64,000 bases of DNA from the human T2T-CHM13v2.0 reference genome, Homo sapiens: the NCBI RefSeq assembly GCF_009914755.1, contig NC_060925.1, one strand, 5' to 3'. Positions within the stretch are counted from its first letter, which is position 1; every line of letters starts with the position of its first letter. The position numbers and the translations under genes are program-made. Of the stretch, positions 1 through 14,970 are shown in pieces. A model generated the notes under the pieces. It worked only from the letters and a program-made list of their open reading frames with translations, did no database searches and was not told the DNA's origin.

Positions 1-540
1 TAGAAATAGCCAAAAACTGAAAAAAACTCAGATGTCTTTAAACTCATAAATGGTTGAACAAACTACTACATCCATACCATAGATTACTTCTCAGCAATAA
101 AATGGAATCAACTATTGATACATGCATCATCTCTAGATAAATTACTCTTTGGGTGAATCTCCAGAAACCTATGCTTAGTGAATAAATTCAGTCCCAAAAG
201 ATTAGGTACTGTATGATTCCATACACAAAACATTCTTGAAATTATAGAAATGCATACAAAGTTATAAAATTGTAGAGCAAGTTGGTGTTTGCTAGGAATT
301 AATGAGAGGTGGTGATGAGGGATATGGGGGTGGGTATGTAAAGGCCACATGAGGAATTTGGGGGTGATGTAAATATTCTTTATCTTAACTGTATCAATGC
401 CATAGTTATGATATTGTGATATAGTTTTGCAAGATGTGTTCATTGAGAGGAAATTGCAGAAAAGGTACGTGGGCTCTCTATTATTTTTTTAAACTCCATG
501 TAATCTACAATTTTCTTCAGACAAATAAACTTTTAAAAAT
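1..540 (+). mobile_element. Ancient L1M-type LINE-1, 3' end fragment (truncated by window start)
   Basis: Degenerate L1 3' motifs (aatagccaaaaactg, catccataccatagattacttctcagcaataaaatggaat, tactgtatgattccata) ending in an A/T-rich tail. Boundaries approximate. Confidence 0.7.
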
Positions 541-624
541 TTCAATAATATATTTTATTTCATCCAATATAACAAAAATATTTTCATTCATCAAATAATG
601 TATGAAGTTATTTTTATAAGTTTT

Positions 625-2425
625 ATTTTTTTAATTGATGCATAATAATTGTACTTATGTATACATAAGTACAAATACATAATTGTATTTATGGGGTACA
701 GTGTGATATTTTCATATATATAGTATATGTGTGTATATATAGTGTAATGATCATATACATATACATATATATAGTATATATGTGTATATATAGTGTAATG
801 ATCAAATCAGGGTAAATAGCATATCCATAACCTCAAACACTTGTCATTTCTTCATGGTGAGAGTACTCCAAATCATTTCTTCTAGCTATTTTGAAGTATA
901 CAATAGATTGTTGTTGACTATAGTCACCCCACTATACAATAGAACACCAGAACTTATTCCTCCTATCTAACCGTAACTTTGTATACATTGACCAATCTCT
1001 TTTCATCCTCCCTCTTTCCTACTCTTCCCAGTCTCTGGTTACCACTATTCTACTCTCTACTTCTATGAGATTAACTTATTAGATCTCACATATGAGTGAT
1101 ATCATGCAGTGTTTGTCCTGTGCTTGGCTTATTTCACTTAACATAATGTCCTCTAGGTTAATTCATTTTGTTGCAAATGACAGGATTTCATTCTTTTTTA
1201 TGGCTGAATAGTATTCCATTGTGTATATATGTCACATTTTCCTTATCCATTCATCCATCAATAGACCCTTAGGCTGATGTCATATATTGGCCATTGTGAA
1301 TAGTGCTGTAATAAGCATGAGGGTGCAGATATCTCTTCAATACATTGCTTTTATTTCTTTTGAATAAATACCAATAGTAGGATTGTTGGATCCTATGGTA
1401 GTTCTATTTTCAATTTTTTTGAGAAACCTCCATACTGTTTTTCATAATAGCTGTACAAATTTACCTTTCCACCAACAGTGTGTAAGAGTTCCTCTTTCCC
1501 CATATCCTCGCCAGCATTTGTTATTTTTATCTTTTTGATAATAGCCATTCTAACTGGAGTGAGGTGATATGGTGGTTTTGATTTGCATTTCCCCAGTGAT
1601 TAGTGATGTCGAGCATTTTCTTCATGTAATGTTGGCTGTTTGTCTTGGGTCAAATATCTGAAATGTCTATTCAGATCTTTTGCTCATTTTAAAAATTATT
1701 TGTTCTTTTGCTATGAGTTATTTGAATTGTTTATATACTCTGGATATTAACAGCTTGTAAGATGCATAGTTTGAGAATATTTTCTCCCATTTCACAGGCT
1801 GTCTCTTCACCCTGCTGATTGTTTCCTTTGCTGTGCAGCTTTTCAGTTTGATGTCACTCCATTTGTCTATTTTTGTTCTTCTCTGTTTCTGAGGTCTTAT
1901 TAAAAATATTCTTGCCCAAACCAATGTCATGTTTTCTTCCAGTAGTTTCATAGCTTTGGGTCTTACATTTAAGTCTTTATTCAGTTTCAAGTTGATTTTT
2001 GTAAGTGGTGAGAGAGAGGGGTCTAGTTTCATCCTTCTGCACATGGATATCCAGTTTTCCCAGCACCATTTATTGGAGAGAGGGTCCTTTCTCCAAGGTG
2101 TGCTCTTGGTACCTTTGTCAAAAATGAGTTGGCTGTAAATGTGTTAATTTATTCTGAGCACTCTATTCTGTTCCATTTGTCTATGTCTGTTTTTATACCA
2201 GCAGCATGCTGTTTGGTTACTATTGCTTTGTAGCATACCTTAAAGTCAGGTAGTGTGATGCCTCTGCTTTTGTTCTCTTTTCTCAAGATAGCTTTAGCTA
2301 TTTAGGGTATTTTGTGGTTTAATATGCGTTTTAGGATTGCTTTTTTTCTATTTCTGTAAAAAATGTCATTGATATTTTGATAGGGATTGAATTGAATCTG
2401 TAGATCACTTTGGGTAGTATGGACT
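625..2425 (-). mobile_element. L1MA-type LINE-1, 3' ~1.8 kb (ORF2 C-terminus + 3' UTR)
   Basis: Minus ORF 1718-2044 (CRRMKLDPSLSP..KINLK..KDLNVRP) is L1 ORF2-like. Typical antisense L1 text (ttcttttttatggctgaatagtattccattgtg). T-rich tail near 625. Confidence 0.9.
715..804. repeat. TA-rich low-complexity tract with ~40-nt tandem duplication
   Basis: atatatatagtatat(a)tgtgtatatatagtgtaatgatca occurs twice inside the L1 3' UTR. Confidence 0.7.
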
Positions 2426-3984
2426 TTTTATTTTTGTAAAAATATAATAGAGAAATCTGATTTGCTTCTATGGTGAAATCCTTGTTATCTGGTGGTAACT
2501 TGGAGGTAAAAGACCAACCTGGCTAAGGCAATCATGTGCACTGTAGCCCCATCGTCCTGTCAGGGCACAGCAGTCAGGAAGGGGGACCTAGAGGTGGTGA
2601 TTGTGTGAGGACCTTCTGGAGCTCTGTCTACTTCCACTCTGCTTCCTGGATCTGGCTACCAAACAGGAGCAAGAAACTGGGGGAGAGTGTTTTACAATTT
2701 CCCTCTGGCAAAGATTTCTACAACTTCTAGGAAAGGAAACCAGTGGCAAAGGGTCTATAAGAAGACTAGTCAATACCTTGTTTATTTGTAATCTTGTGTC
2801 CAGTATACAGAAGCTGGAGTCAGAACTGGGTTCTATAGCTCTATTGATGATGAAATAGGTGAACTCAGACAATTTTTTTTCCTAACTTACTTGTGTTTCA
2901 GTTTTCTTTTTAAAATGGTTGTACTAACCTCTCCTTTTATTATTATCTAGATGTTTTTACATCAACTTCCCTAATCGGACTACAAATAACAGGATGACAA
3001 GCAGTGTACCTTCATAATTTTCTGTCTGCAGTATCAAATTAGCACAGTGTACACAGTCAATAAAAGAATGAAGATACAATCCAAATGGAACCCTAATAAT
3101 TATGTAGGCAAGCAGGTCCTTTCCCTCAGAACTCTTAAGTACAATGTCTGGAGAATGGGTTTAGAAAGATAAATTTGGAGCAAATGAATTACAGCCATGG
3201 TTGCCAGGAAAGTCTTTCCTGATTGGAAAGGATCCACCAATTCATGTAGGTGCAAGGAGTCACCTTGAGAAATAGTTCGGTGTCCTCTTCCTTTTCACAA
3301 GAAAATAGCAAGAAATAAAGATTAAGACAAATTTTGCAATGAAGCCTTACAAAGCAAAAAGAGATTGAAGTCTTACAAAGCGAAAAGAAATTCACCTTCC
3401 TTTCTCCATCTGTTAACTTTTGGGTATGGCAATGCTCACAAGTCAATTAACAGTTAACTAGTAACTCTCTGTCACAGGATATAAACAGCAAAGTGAGATT
3501 GAACTAGAACCACTTATCAAGGGAGCCTGAAGCCCAAGTGCTAGAACAGTCCACATTCCCCACAGTGCCCTGGCTCTAAGCAAAGATTCAGGTTCACTTT
3601 GCTATTGAGGCCCAGACAACAACTAAAATAATCTTTGAGAAACTAATCTGTAGCTGGTGTTTGTATACACTATTTTAAAATATTTATCTTTACCTAAAAT
3701 TTGTACAATGTGAGTAATATATTTATTTAATATTCGCATGTCTATTTTAAAGTAATGCTTTCTAGAAAAGCTAAGAAGCAGGGTTGTGTGGTACACACTG
3801 CCTCTGTCTGTGATATGCACATGAGGACAACTTGGCTGGTTAGGCACAGAAGCATAATTTTTCCCCTGAAGGCAAAGTCCCTGAGGAAGATAACCAACCT
3901 CTAACAGCTGGCCTTGGGAACCCAATTCTTAAGAACAACTGCAAACTTCAAGGTAATATCATTGATTTTTTGTTCTCATTATTT

Positions 3985-4100
3985 CCTGCAAATAATTATT
4001 ATCTACTATGTGATAGATACTGTTCTTGGCACTGGGATACAGTATCAGACAAGGTAGAAGAGTTCCCTGCTCTTGTGGGATTATAGTCTAGTAGTAGATG
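3985..4100 (-). mobile_element. L2 3' end fragment
   Basis: tattatctactatgtgatagatactgttcttggcactgggatacag...ccctgctcttgtgggattatagtctagt resembles the antisense L2 terminus. Confidence 0.55.
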
Positions 4101-4389
4101 CAGTCAATTACCAAGGAAATAAAAAAAATGCAGGGAAATAATGATACACATCATGCAGAAAAAAAAGCAGGGCATGTTCTAGGCAGAGTCAACAATTACA
4201 GGTTTTCTGAGATAAAACAGGACTTGGTGCTCTTACAGGATGAGGCAAAAGAGAAAAAAAAAGTAACAGGCAGCCAAAAATAGTTAACTTTTCATTATAT
4301 CCACATAGTCACATTCACAATCATGTGAATATCTGAAGTTGACACATTAGGCTCAAAAATCCTTTTATTTCAGCCCTTTATATTTTCTT

Positions 4390-5216
4390 TCTTTTTTTTA
4401 TTTTTATTTTTATTATACTTTAAGTTTTAGGGTACATGTGCACAATGTGCAGGTTAGTTACATATGTATACATGTGCCATGCTGGTGCACTGCACCCACT
4501 AACTCGTCATCTAGCATTAGGTATATCTCCCAATGCTATCCCTCCCCCCCTCCCCCCACCCCACAACAGTCCCCAGAGTGTGATATTCCCCTTCCTGTGT
4601 CCATGTGATCTCATTGTTCAATTCCCACCTATGAGTGAGAATATGCAGTGTTTGGTTTTTTGTTCTTGCGATAGTTTACTGAGAATGATGATTTCCAATT
4701 TCATCCATGTCCCTACAAAGGACATGAACTCATCATTTTTTATGGCTGCATAGTATTCCATGGTGTATATGTGCCACATTTTCTTAATCCAGTCTATCAT
4801 TGTTGGACATTTGGGTTGGTTCCAAGTCTTTGCTATTGTGAATAATGCTGCAATAAACATACGTGTGCATGTGTCTTTATAGCAGCATGATTTATAGTCC
4901 TTTGGGTATATACCCAGTAATGGCATGGCTGGGTCAAATGGTATTTCTAGTTCTAGATCCCTGAGGAATCGCCACACTGACTTCCACAATGGTTGAACTA
5001 GTTTACAGTCCCACCAACAGTGTAAAAGTGTTCCTATTTCTCCACATCCTCTCCAGCACCTGTTGTTTCCTGACTTTTTAATGAACAGACACTTCTCAAA
5101 AGAAGACATTTATGCAGCCAAAAAACACATGAAAAAATGCTCATCATCACTGGCCATCAGAGAAATGCAAATCAAAACCACAATGAGATATCATCTCACA
5201 CCAGTTAGAATGGCAA
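4390..5216 (-). mobile_element. Young L1PA (L1PA2/3-like), 5'-truncated with 5' inversion (twin priming)
   Basis: 4390-5083 is the antisense L1 3' end (ORF2 C-term [26 protein letters not shown]). 5081-5216 is the adjacent upstream L1 segment in sense orientation. TSD ttatattttctt at 4378-4389 and 5217-5228. 3' UTR has GAG (not Ta ACA) at 4503-4505. Confidence 0.93.
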
Positions 5217-6325
5217 TTATATTTTCTTATTAGATTTTTTTCACCTTTTAAAGACAAACAGTATGTAAAGATTATAATTGTAATCTTTTCTGAAGTCAAA
5301 GGATCAGTAATAATTGCTTCTTGTATTATGCTATATGGGTTAAGAGTCAAGTATTTACCTGAATCTGTACCCTCTGCAGAATATATTTGAAGTTTTTATT
5401 CCTGAATAAACGTGTATTAGTGGCTTGGTTTCAAAAAATAAATATCTCTTATTTATAAAAGTAGAATGTTCTCTTAGAAATTGAAAAATATCCTTTCTGC
5501 AAATAACTAAATAGCTGAAATGCTTGAAACAGGCTTCTCTGAAATGGTCTTGCTCTAAATAAAATAATCTTTGTGTTTTGATCAGTGGTCTTTGACTTTT
5601 AAAAAGTATCTTTTGCCATTTAAAATCTTTTTAGCATCATTACTGCTTCTAACACCTATTCAGCTTCAATTCAGGCTCTAGGGTCCTTCCTCTAAACTGA
5701 CTCGCTGACAATACCATTTGTGCAGTTTGCTAAAATTGAAAGGACGCTAGATTTGAAGTAGTCAGACATTTGCTCCATATTTGTTCATTCCTCTAAGTGA
5801 TTAATCTTAAGCCCCTGCTATGTGACAGGCTCCAAGATAGGACCTAAGTACGGAGTAGTAATGAGACAGACACACTCTGTCTTCGTGAGACATGCAGTTT
5901 GCTCCCAGCTCCCTCACAGTCTTCTGCCTGGACAATTCTTATGAGGAACTCTCTCAGAGCCTGGATGTCCTCATTTGTCAAATTGGCAACATGCAGAGGG
6001 GTTGTGAGGATGATAGAAAGATATGCTGGCATACATTAGATATGTAGTAAATAGATATCAATAAGGACAAGATTGCAGGAAGTCTGGGTACTATATCATA
6101 GACAAAAAAAACCTTTAGTTCTAAAGAACAAATGAGATAGTTTCAATTTAGTGTTTATTTCATCATTGTTTCATTTGTTTCACTTATTGGAGAGCTGTGT
6201 TAATTTGTTAGTTTGATCAAATGTCTCTCCAGTTTGCTAATGCCTGTCAGTAAATAAGAACTTTAATTCCATAAGGTTTCCATCACAAACTTACATTTCC
6301 TAGAACAGAACTAGCTTCAGTCACT

Positions 6326-7825
<1,500 letters not shown>

Positions 7826-8127
7826 TTTTTTTTTTTTTTTTTTTTGAGACAGAGTCTTAGTCTGTCACCCAGGCCAGAGTGCAGTGGCATGATCTCGGCT
7901 CACTGCAACCTTGCTGCCCGAGTTCAAACAATTCTCCTGCCTTAGCCTCCCGAGTAGCTTGGATTACAGGAACCTGCCACCGCGCCCGGCTAATTGTTTT
8001 TGTATTTTTAGTAGAGATGAGGTTTCACCATGTTAGTCAGGCTGGTCTTGAACTCCTGACCTCGTGATCCACCTGCCTTGGCCTCCCAAAGTCCTGGGAT
8101 TACAGGCGTGAGCCACTGTGCCAGGCC
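7826..8127 (-). mobile_element. AluS element abutting the NRBF2 retrocopy 5' end
   Basis: Full dimeric Alu with poly(T) at 7826-7845. TSD cttcagtcact at 8128-8138 pairs with 6315-6325. Confidence 0.95.
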
Positions 8128-10329
8128 CTTCAGTCACTATTTTTAATCAATGACAGGAATCCAGGAGGACACAAGTTCTTTAGAATCTTAATTGATGGCT
8201 TTGATGATAAATGTGTACTATTGCAGATAATTGTTTCAGTTCCCTACCAAACGTGTGACAATAAGGAGATACACAGTAATTTTTCTTTCAGGAGGTAGAA
8301 ACAAATTGAATACTTCCTTCAAAATATTCTTTTAATCCATTCCCCTAAAGCACAGCATAATCACTCATTTTCAATTAAATCTCTTTATAAAGGTCATATA
8401 AGTAAAAAGAGTCATTATCAAAGTAAAAGCTTAATGCAAAACAAGGAGGAAAAAGACATTTTCTTTAAGGTGAAGGTACCTTGGTTTCATAGAATTTGTA
8501 AGGTAAACAACAATTTCCCGCCAGAGTCATCTGGGAAACGCCCACGAGCACCAGTATCAGGGGAGATGATGGCTTTGCCCACAGAGGGACTCAAGTTTAT
8601 ACGGAAAAAAGAAGGTTGAGAAATGAGGCCCAAACTCAAGTGTCCTCCTACGTTCATGCGGAGAGACAGCTCTGACATGGTTTTTGTCAAGTGCACCACG
8701 TGGCGTATTTCTGGATAAAAGCTGGATTCCAGAGATCTAGCCCAGTTCTACAAATCCAGGGGAGGCGGACACACCATAGTCTTTGTGGCCTGGCTCCCCA
8801 AATTGGGAGTGGGTTCCTGTAAGGCACTGACAGGTAAAGCTCATCTATTCTGATGGTGTACACTTGAATTTTTCCTGTTTTGAGTCCTTAATTTGCTAGA
8901 TGAGTCCGTGTGTACAATTGCCTACTATATTAAATAAACTATTCCATGTTGGTTTGGTGGCAAAATCAAATTATTTGCCTATCTGGTTGCCCAGTTGTTC
9001 ACTTGAACTGACCAGCACCTGGCATGAGTTAACTGTCCTTATCATCAGCTAGATGCTGGCTAAATGGATTGGTTAGTTCACTGACCACTTAATTCAGCTA
9101 AGAGGGTAGATCCTATTCAGATAGCCCCTGAATCCTCCTCTGCTTTTTGTTGTTGTTAGTGGAAGTTACAAAGCCCAGGATAATTCACCGAGTACTTGTG
9201 TTTTTTCTTGGCTTTGTGATAAGCCTCTTGTCTTTTGCCTGAATTTGCTTTATGTGTGTGTCCTGGGGGAATGAAATGCTTCTCAATTAGGAAAAAAAAT
9301 CTTAAGTTTGAAAGGAATGTTTAAAATCATCAGATCCAAATAATTCTCTACTGATTTAGTCTCCTTTAGTTGTCTTCACATGTTTTTCTCATTGAACATC
9401 TCCCGTGATGGGGAGCAGATTCCTTCCATTTACCTATAGACAATACTAACTGTGCTGGGCATATTTGGAAGGAAAGGAGGGAGTAGATGAGAAAGAGCTG
9501 GAGAGGAGAGGATGAGGAGAAAGCACTGCCACTTACTGAGCACATTCCCTGGGCTCAGCCCTGTGTCAACATCATTTATAGATATATTGTGCAATTTGCT
9601 GGGCTGTGGCTCTAGAGTCAAGCTGCCTTATGTGAGCAGAGCTAACATAAGAGCATGTTAGCAGAGTTCACACCTCTAGCTTTTTCATTAATACCCTTTT
9701 AAAATTTGCTCTCTTCTGCTGAGGAGATAAGGGAGGAGATAGTGGCTGCATGCTAGGGTGGGAGGTCAGTATCAGTGGCTTCTCTGCTGCCCTTGAAGGC
9801 CTCTTTCTGCACAGACCTGGAGATGGTAGAATTGTTTTTCCCTTAAAGATTGTCCAACTTGCCTTTGCTAAATGTCTTTGTGGCTGAGCAGCAATTGAAG
9901 CCAGCCTATTTAGTTTTACAGCCCATGCTCTAACAGGCTTCACTGTCTTTCTAGTTAATTCTCTCCTACTTTCACCTGGCTTTCCATTCTCCATCATGGG
10001 GCTCTGCCCTGCATCCAGGTGGTGAGGCAGTCCTGCAGCAGAAATGTAACTGCCTGGTAGAGAGTAAGAGGTAATGCCCTGTGCACATAAAAGTAGCAGC
10101 GTGAAGGCAAGTTCAGGAGATGATATAGAAAGTTGTCAGAGAGTGTGACTCTTTATGGGATTGCACCCTCACCAAGCAACAAAGCAGGCCTCACTTTCCC
10201 TGAAGTTAAAACCAGGATGAAAGGCTGCCCTGTGAAAACTTTTATCTTCCTGCCTCTATGAGATGATGCACATGAGCCTATGTACTCAGGCTCCATGACA
10301 GGCAGTGTTCGCGGTCAGGTACGAGAGAT

Positions 10330-10485
10330 CTAGAGTGAGTCTAAATTTCATCTCTTCCACTTTTTAGATGATTATCATGGATAAGTTACTTCACGTCTCT
10401 GTGCCTCCATCTGTAATAAGAGTACTCACTACATAGGGTTGTTGTGATGATGAAATTTAGTTCTATATTTTCAGCACTTAGAACA
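10330..10485 (+). mobile_element. MIR fragment
   Basis: ataagttacttcacgtctctgtgcctccatctgtaa...tagggttgttgtgatgatgaaat...cagcacttagaacagtgc matches the MIR core. Confidence 0.7.
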
Positions 10486-10868
10486 GTGCTGCAGCCCCAG
10501 CCAGGAGTTTGGCTGTGTTCTGTCAGAACTGACGCCCTCTCTTTGAGATCTCAGACCATCATTTGTGATTTGCAGGGGCTGGAGAGAAGTTTTCTCTTTG
10601 CGCCTTCCCCATACTCCACTCAATGTGTTCAGGGTCTGAATCACCAGTTGCTGGGCATCCTCTGAGCACCAGGGCATCCTCTAGGCGCCAGGACTGCCAG
10701 GCAGCACAGATTCCAGGTTATTTCTATAAGCCACCTGGAAAGCTAGAACTGATGCTCCACAAGATGGTTCCCAGGACATTGGCTCAGCTTAAACATGCGA
10801 TCAGTGTATTGCCAAAGGCTATTGGTATGAGAACAGATAGCAGGAACAGCTTAATTATTCATGCAGTT

Positions 10869-10869
<1 letters not shown>

Positions 10870-10908
<39 letters not shown>
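10870..10908. repeat. (CA)n microsatellite
   Basis: About 19 perfect CA units. Confidence 0.98.
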
Positions 10909-10910
<2 letters not shown>

Positions 10911-11621
10911 CAGGATACTGCAAAGGAGACTGAGCTTTGTTTCCAATGCTCCCTTCAAAGTAAAGCAATTCCTTGGTAAATTTAAGTAATGTCTGCAGCT
11001 CTGAATAACCAGTGATTTCCCAGTCTTTTCAGTTATATGCTTTTTGTACCTACTTAGCACATGTGACATTCTCCGGTCCTAAATGCCGTTTTATAGTTTA
11101 TGGCAAACTGTTAAACAACTTGCTCAAAGTCTGATGCATAAACAGAGCTCCTGCTTTGTTTGGGACTCTCTGGCTACTCATGGTAGCTACCTCATTATTA
11201 TAGCCACACAGTGCTTTCTGTGCCTGTGTGTAGACTTTCCCAATTCCACTTGCTTTCCTGCAGCCAACCAGTCCCTCTAAAACTACCTCAAGTAGGTGCA
11301 GATCCAGCACAAGGGAGTTGAGGATACTAAAGTGGGTTCAGCTTCAGACCTTGCCTATGGCCTTAGCAGTTTTTTTGTGGGGGTTGGGGGAGATTGTCTA
11401 ACCACCCCGAGCGTTTTGGTTGGGTGCGTGGTGGGCTTTAACCAATATGGTACTGAAGATGAGACTTGGGCTTCCTTAACTCATTTAAAATAACCCAAGG
11501 CTATCTTACACTCAATTGGTTGGTTGCACACAGTGTGTTAGGCCAGTTAGTTCTGAATCTTCTTTTCCATTTACTGCAGTCCTAGATAAAATATTTTCAA
11601 TGATCTGATTTTATCTATTTA

Positions 11622-12003
<382 letters not shown>

Positions 12004-12694
12004 TCAAACCTCACATTCACATGATTTTCTCTTGATAGTGCCACGGAAACCGAAACAGAAATAAAAAACTTCCTTCCCAGCTCAGGAAGAAACTGAAAAG
12101 AAAAGGATACATGATTGATAGGACAGGGCCATTTCACTAAAGACAAACTATGCTTGAGGTGGGAGGGGAGGGGTTCTTTGTCTTGGATCTGTGACTCTCT
12201 TAGGTCCTCTGTGAGAGTTCTCGAATCCTCTGGAATGTGCTCCTCATCCTCCTCTCAGTCCTACCTCCCTTCAGATCTTCTTCCTTCCTTTTCATAACTC
12301 ACCAGATGAACACAGTACATGCAGGAAGGGCATATAGTAGGTGATTCTTCCTCTCTTTCTTTGTCCTCCTTCCCCTTTGCATTCCTGCTTCCATTTTTCT
12401 CTGCATTCCTCTGTTTCCGTTTTCCTCAAAGACTGACATTGCTCCTGAGGAAGTGAAGATACAAGATAAGAGAAAAGGGGAGATTGAAGGCATAGGGTCT
12501 TAGTCCAAATTTTTTTCTTTCCCATTTTAGACCTTGAAATGAAAAGATGATCTCTCTCCACTCAAATAAGAAACCTTCCAAAAACCTGAGTGGGGATTGA
12601 AAACCATTCACTGTCCATGTTCTTTGTGTAAGCTAGAACTTTCTACATTTTCTTGTTTTATCACTGGGTGTTCTGTTTCTAGTGAAGCTGAGGC

Positions 12695-13648
12695 ATGGTG
12701 ATCCTGTCCTGGGAAAACCAAACGATGAGAGTGGAATTCGTGCTTCAAGGATTCTCTTCCATCAGACAGTTAAATATTTTCCTCTTTATGATAATTTTAG
12801 TTTTCTACATCTTAACTGTTTCTGGAAACATCCTCATTGTCCTTCTAGTTTTAGTCAGACATCATCTCCACACCCCTATGTACTTCCTCCTGGTGAACTT
12901 GTCCTGTCTGGAGATCTGGTATACCTCTAACATCATCCCCAAAATGTTGCTGATTATCATAGCTGAATAGAAGACTATCTCTGTGGCTGGCTGGCTGGCA
13001 CAATTCTACTTCTTCGGATCCCTGGCTGCCACGGAGTGCCTCTTGCTCACTGTGATGTCCTATGATCGCTACCTAGCCATCTGCCAGCCTCTTTGCTACC
13101 GTGTCCTCATGACTGGCCCCCTTTGCATCAGGCTAGCTGCTGGCTCTTGGTTCTGCTGCTTCCTCCTTACAGCAATCACCATGGTCTTGCTATGTAGACT
13201 AACCTTCTGTGGACCCTATGAAACTGATCACTTCTTTTGTGACTTCACCCCTCTGGTTCATCTCTCCTGCATGGATACCTCAGTGACTGAGACCATTGCC
13301 TTTGCCACCTCTTCTGCAGTAACTCTGATCCCATTTCTCCTCATTGTAGCCTCCTACTCCTGCGTCCTTTCTGCTATCCTAAGAATCCCATCTTGCACAG
13401 GCCAGAAAAAGGCCTTCTCCACCTGCTCTTCCCACCTCACTGTGGTCATAGTGTTTTATGGGACACTGATTGCCACATACCTTGTGCCCTCAGCCAACTC
13501 ATCCCAACTCTTGTGCAAAGGGTCCTCTCTGCTCTACATCATCCTGACACCCATGTTTAACCCCATCATTTATAGCCTGAGAAATAGAGACATCCATGAA
13601 GCTCTGAAGAAGTGCTTGAGGAAGAAGTCAGGTGTTTGCCTTAGATAA
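12695..13648 (+). pseudogene. OR11I1P: Olfactory receptor pseudogene, family 11-like (317-codon frame with one in-frame stop)
   Basis: OR motifs NQT, GN..I, LHTPMYFLL.NLS, MSYDRYLAICQPL.Y, HFFCD, KAFSTCSSHL, PMFNPIIYSLRN all lie in one frame. In-frame TAG at 12968-12970. Conserved TM3 Cys replaced by Trp (TGG at 12992-12994). Symbol from recalled position next to CD53. Confidence 0.9.
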
Positions 13649-13904
13649 TACGAAAAGGAAAAAAGTTGTATTTGTCTAAATGTTGATGAACTGGGCTGAG
13701 TCATTTAAATTCTACATAAAAGGCAATTGCCTAAATGAGGAGCTACCTAAAACAGATGACCAGATACCTCTACTGAGTTATGACAGCCCCAGGTAAACTG
13801 CTGTCCCAGGATACGATCTATGCAGGTCAGACTGTGCTCCATCATCTCCAGTAGACTTGGATTCTTATGTAGAAGCCCATATTCAAAATGAGCCAGTAAG
13901 TGTG

Positions 13905-14045
13905 TTCACTCGTTCATTAAAATATTCATCAAGGGTTTGTTAATGCTCAAGGCATTGTGTTGGACATAAGTGATAAAGTGATGGGCAAAAACAGAGGCAG
14001 TTCCTGCTTTCACTGAACTCACAGTCTATGGGGAGAAAAACATTA
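13905..14045 (-). mobile_element. L2 3' end fragment
   Basis: ttcattaaaatattcatcaag...caaggcattgtgttgg...ttcctgctttcactgaactcacagtcta. Confidence 0.55.
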
Positions 14046-14119
14046 ATCAAGTAATGAATATAAAACTACATATATGATATAAAACTGTACTTGTAATTCA
14101 AAATTGAAAATAAGAAGAT

Positions 14120-14970
14120 GACCAGCACATACCTATTAGAACGGCCAAAACCCAAAACACTGACAACACCAAATGCTGGTGAGGATGTGGAGCAACAGGA
14201 ACTTTCATTCACTCCTGGTGGGAATACAAAATGGTACACCCACTTTGGAGTATACTCTTGCAGTTTCTCACAACACTGAATATACTTTTACAACAAAATT
14301 CAATAATCACATTCATTGCTATTTACCCAAATTGGTTGAAAACGTATGTCCATACAAAAACCTGTACATGGATGTTCATAGCAGCTTTATTCATAATTGC
14401 TGACATTTGGAAGCAAACAAGATGTCCTTCAGTAAGTGAATGAATAAATAAACTGTGGTACATCCAGACAATAGAATACTATTTGGTGCTAAAAAGAAAT
14501 GAACTATCAAGCTATGAAAAGACATGAAGCAACCTTAAATGCATATTACTAAGTAAAAAAAAAAAAACCAATCTGAAAAGGCAAAATTATGGAAATAAGT
14601 GAAAAGATTAGTAGTTGCCAAGAGGTAGGAGGGAGGGAGGAATAAGAGCACAAAGCGGAGAGCAGAGAAATTTTACAGCTGTGAAGCTACTCTGTATGAT
14701 AATACAGGGGTAGATACATGCCATTATACATTTGTCCAAACCTATCCAATGTACAACACTAAGCATGAACCCTAATGTAAATTACGGACTTTGCTGATGA
14801 TGTGTCATTGTGGGTTCATTGATTATAAAAAATGTACCACTCAGGTGTGAGATGTCAGTAGTGGGGAAGGCTGTGCATGTGTGAGGGTGAAGAATATGTG
14901 GAAACCATCTGTATTTTCTGCTCAGTTTTGCTGTGAACCTAAAACTGCTCTAAAAAATCAATTTAAAAAG
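14120..14970 (+). mobile_element. L1MB/L1MC-type LINE-1, 3' end
   Basis: acaacaccaaatgctggtgaggatgtggagcaacaggaact; ORF2 C-term-like KTCTWMFIAALFIIA..WKQ.RCPS; terminal gttttgctgtgaacctaaaactgctctaaaaa. Confidence 0.88.

Noticed and set aside
4618-5109. 163-aa minus-strand ORF as a novel gene
   Set aside because: It is the L1 ORF2 C-terminus with a few N-terminal residues read from the inverted segment; an artefact of twin priming.
12968-12994. Stop-codon readthrough ('pseudo-pseudogene') rescue of the OR
   Set aside because: TAG-A is not a classic leaky context, and the conserved TM3 cysteine is also lost, so a readthrough product would probably misfold.
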